Assembly (NCBI GenBank): GCA_043228905.1
Contig: JBHGNT010000015.1
Location: 14,694,001 to 14,758,000 of the forward strand
Source: Azolla caroliniana
Taxonomy: Eukaryota; Plantae; Polypodiophyta
Direction: 5' to 3'
DNA length: 64,000 nt
Shown here: piece by piece, positions 63,211 through 64,000 of the stretch
Position numbering within the stretch: the stretch's first letter is position 1
Layout of the letters: each line of letters starts with the position of its first letter
Position numbers and translations under genes: made by a program
The notes under the pieces: model-generated
What the model saw: only the letters and a program-made list of their open reading frames with translations
Databases searched by the model: none
What the model was told of the DNA's origin: nothing

Positions 63211-64000
63211 GAGTGAAGTTCAGTCAAACTATTACTGCTTGCGCTCCTTCGAAAAGTCCAATACACGATGACGCAGAGAGAGCCCACCAATTGCGCCTCG
63301 GACACCACCCACGAGCCCTTAGTTTGTCTGATTTAATGATCATGCCACACCACTCCTCCCTTGTCGGATTTAGGCTAGGGCCGATTGTTGAAGATGTTGT
63401 GCTTGATTAGGTAATGTCCATATATATGCTCAACAGTGCTTGAAATCTCTCCCATTCCAAAATTGTCTGCACAACCATATTGTGTAATCACATAAGGTAA
63501 AGAAGGGGAGCCGGTTGTCACTTGTTTCTTGCAACCCATGATTTCATCATCATATAGATTCATGTTAGGGCACTTGGATTCAACAAAGGTATAAGAGCAT
63601 TCGTTTGATAGTACCTCATAACCAGAAGGTAAAACATAAGCTCATCGTTTATATAATGCACATGCCCTAATAGCAAGATGTACAAAAGTAGTTGCTCGAG
63701 AAAAAACCCATATAATAGGTCAAGCCTACTTGGGCTCAATCTAGCTTGAACAATGCAAACAATAATTGGATGTATCAACAATTTTAATGTATCATTGATC
63801 AATACTTAGCTCTTCATCTAACCCAACACTAAGTTTGGGCGACACGATCCTATGAGGGGACACTTATGTTGGACTTGTTTATCATACATTTTTGTTGTCT
63901 AATACAAATAAGCCACAACAAACAATTAGTAGTTAGCGTGACATTTCCATGTATCATTGTTTCATCTTCAATAATGTGGATTTACGTCTAAATACTCATA

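Noticed and set aside
62817-63410. Phe-rich ORFs (also 22910-23344 and 19334-19669)
   Set aside because: Translations of low-complexity or microsatellite DNA.
63230-64000. Cys/His-containing degraded reading frame on the minus strand
   Set aside because: Multiple stops; cannot be assigned (possibly a transposase relic).

Overview
Eukaryotic nuclear DNA, most likely from a non-seed land plant (bryophyte, lycophyte or fern; inferred from the retroelement types, not proven). Roughly three-quarters of the window is nested transposable elements. Host genes: a 6-exon SWI3A-like SWI/SNF subunit (23479-26684, +), a 2-exon DUF3223/EMB514-like gene (62723-60179, -), and a probable 3-exon orphan gene (18023-14027, -) reconstructed by hand from splice phases. 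TEs: an L1-type LINE split by a nest of insertions, RTE-like LINEs, several Ty1/copia and Ty3/gypsy elements and solo LTRs, a hAT-type MITE with an 8-bp TSD, a Sola-like transposase relic, and one intact, very young copia (33056-38339). Most notable: (1) a family of TGT...ACA LTR-like elements with 4-bp TSDs that are all CpG-centred (NCGN) or CpG-deamination derivatives, all inserted in older TEs; (2) four of these carry an antisense tRNA-type A/B-box at the same relative position; (3) the intact copia lacks the terminal CA on its 3' LTR and is flanked by a 516-bp direct duplication instead of a 5-bp TSD; (4) a KCS gene fragment sits directly behind an LTR/PBS. All coordinates were read by eye and no database searches were run.
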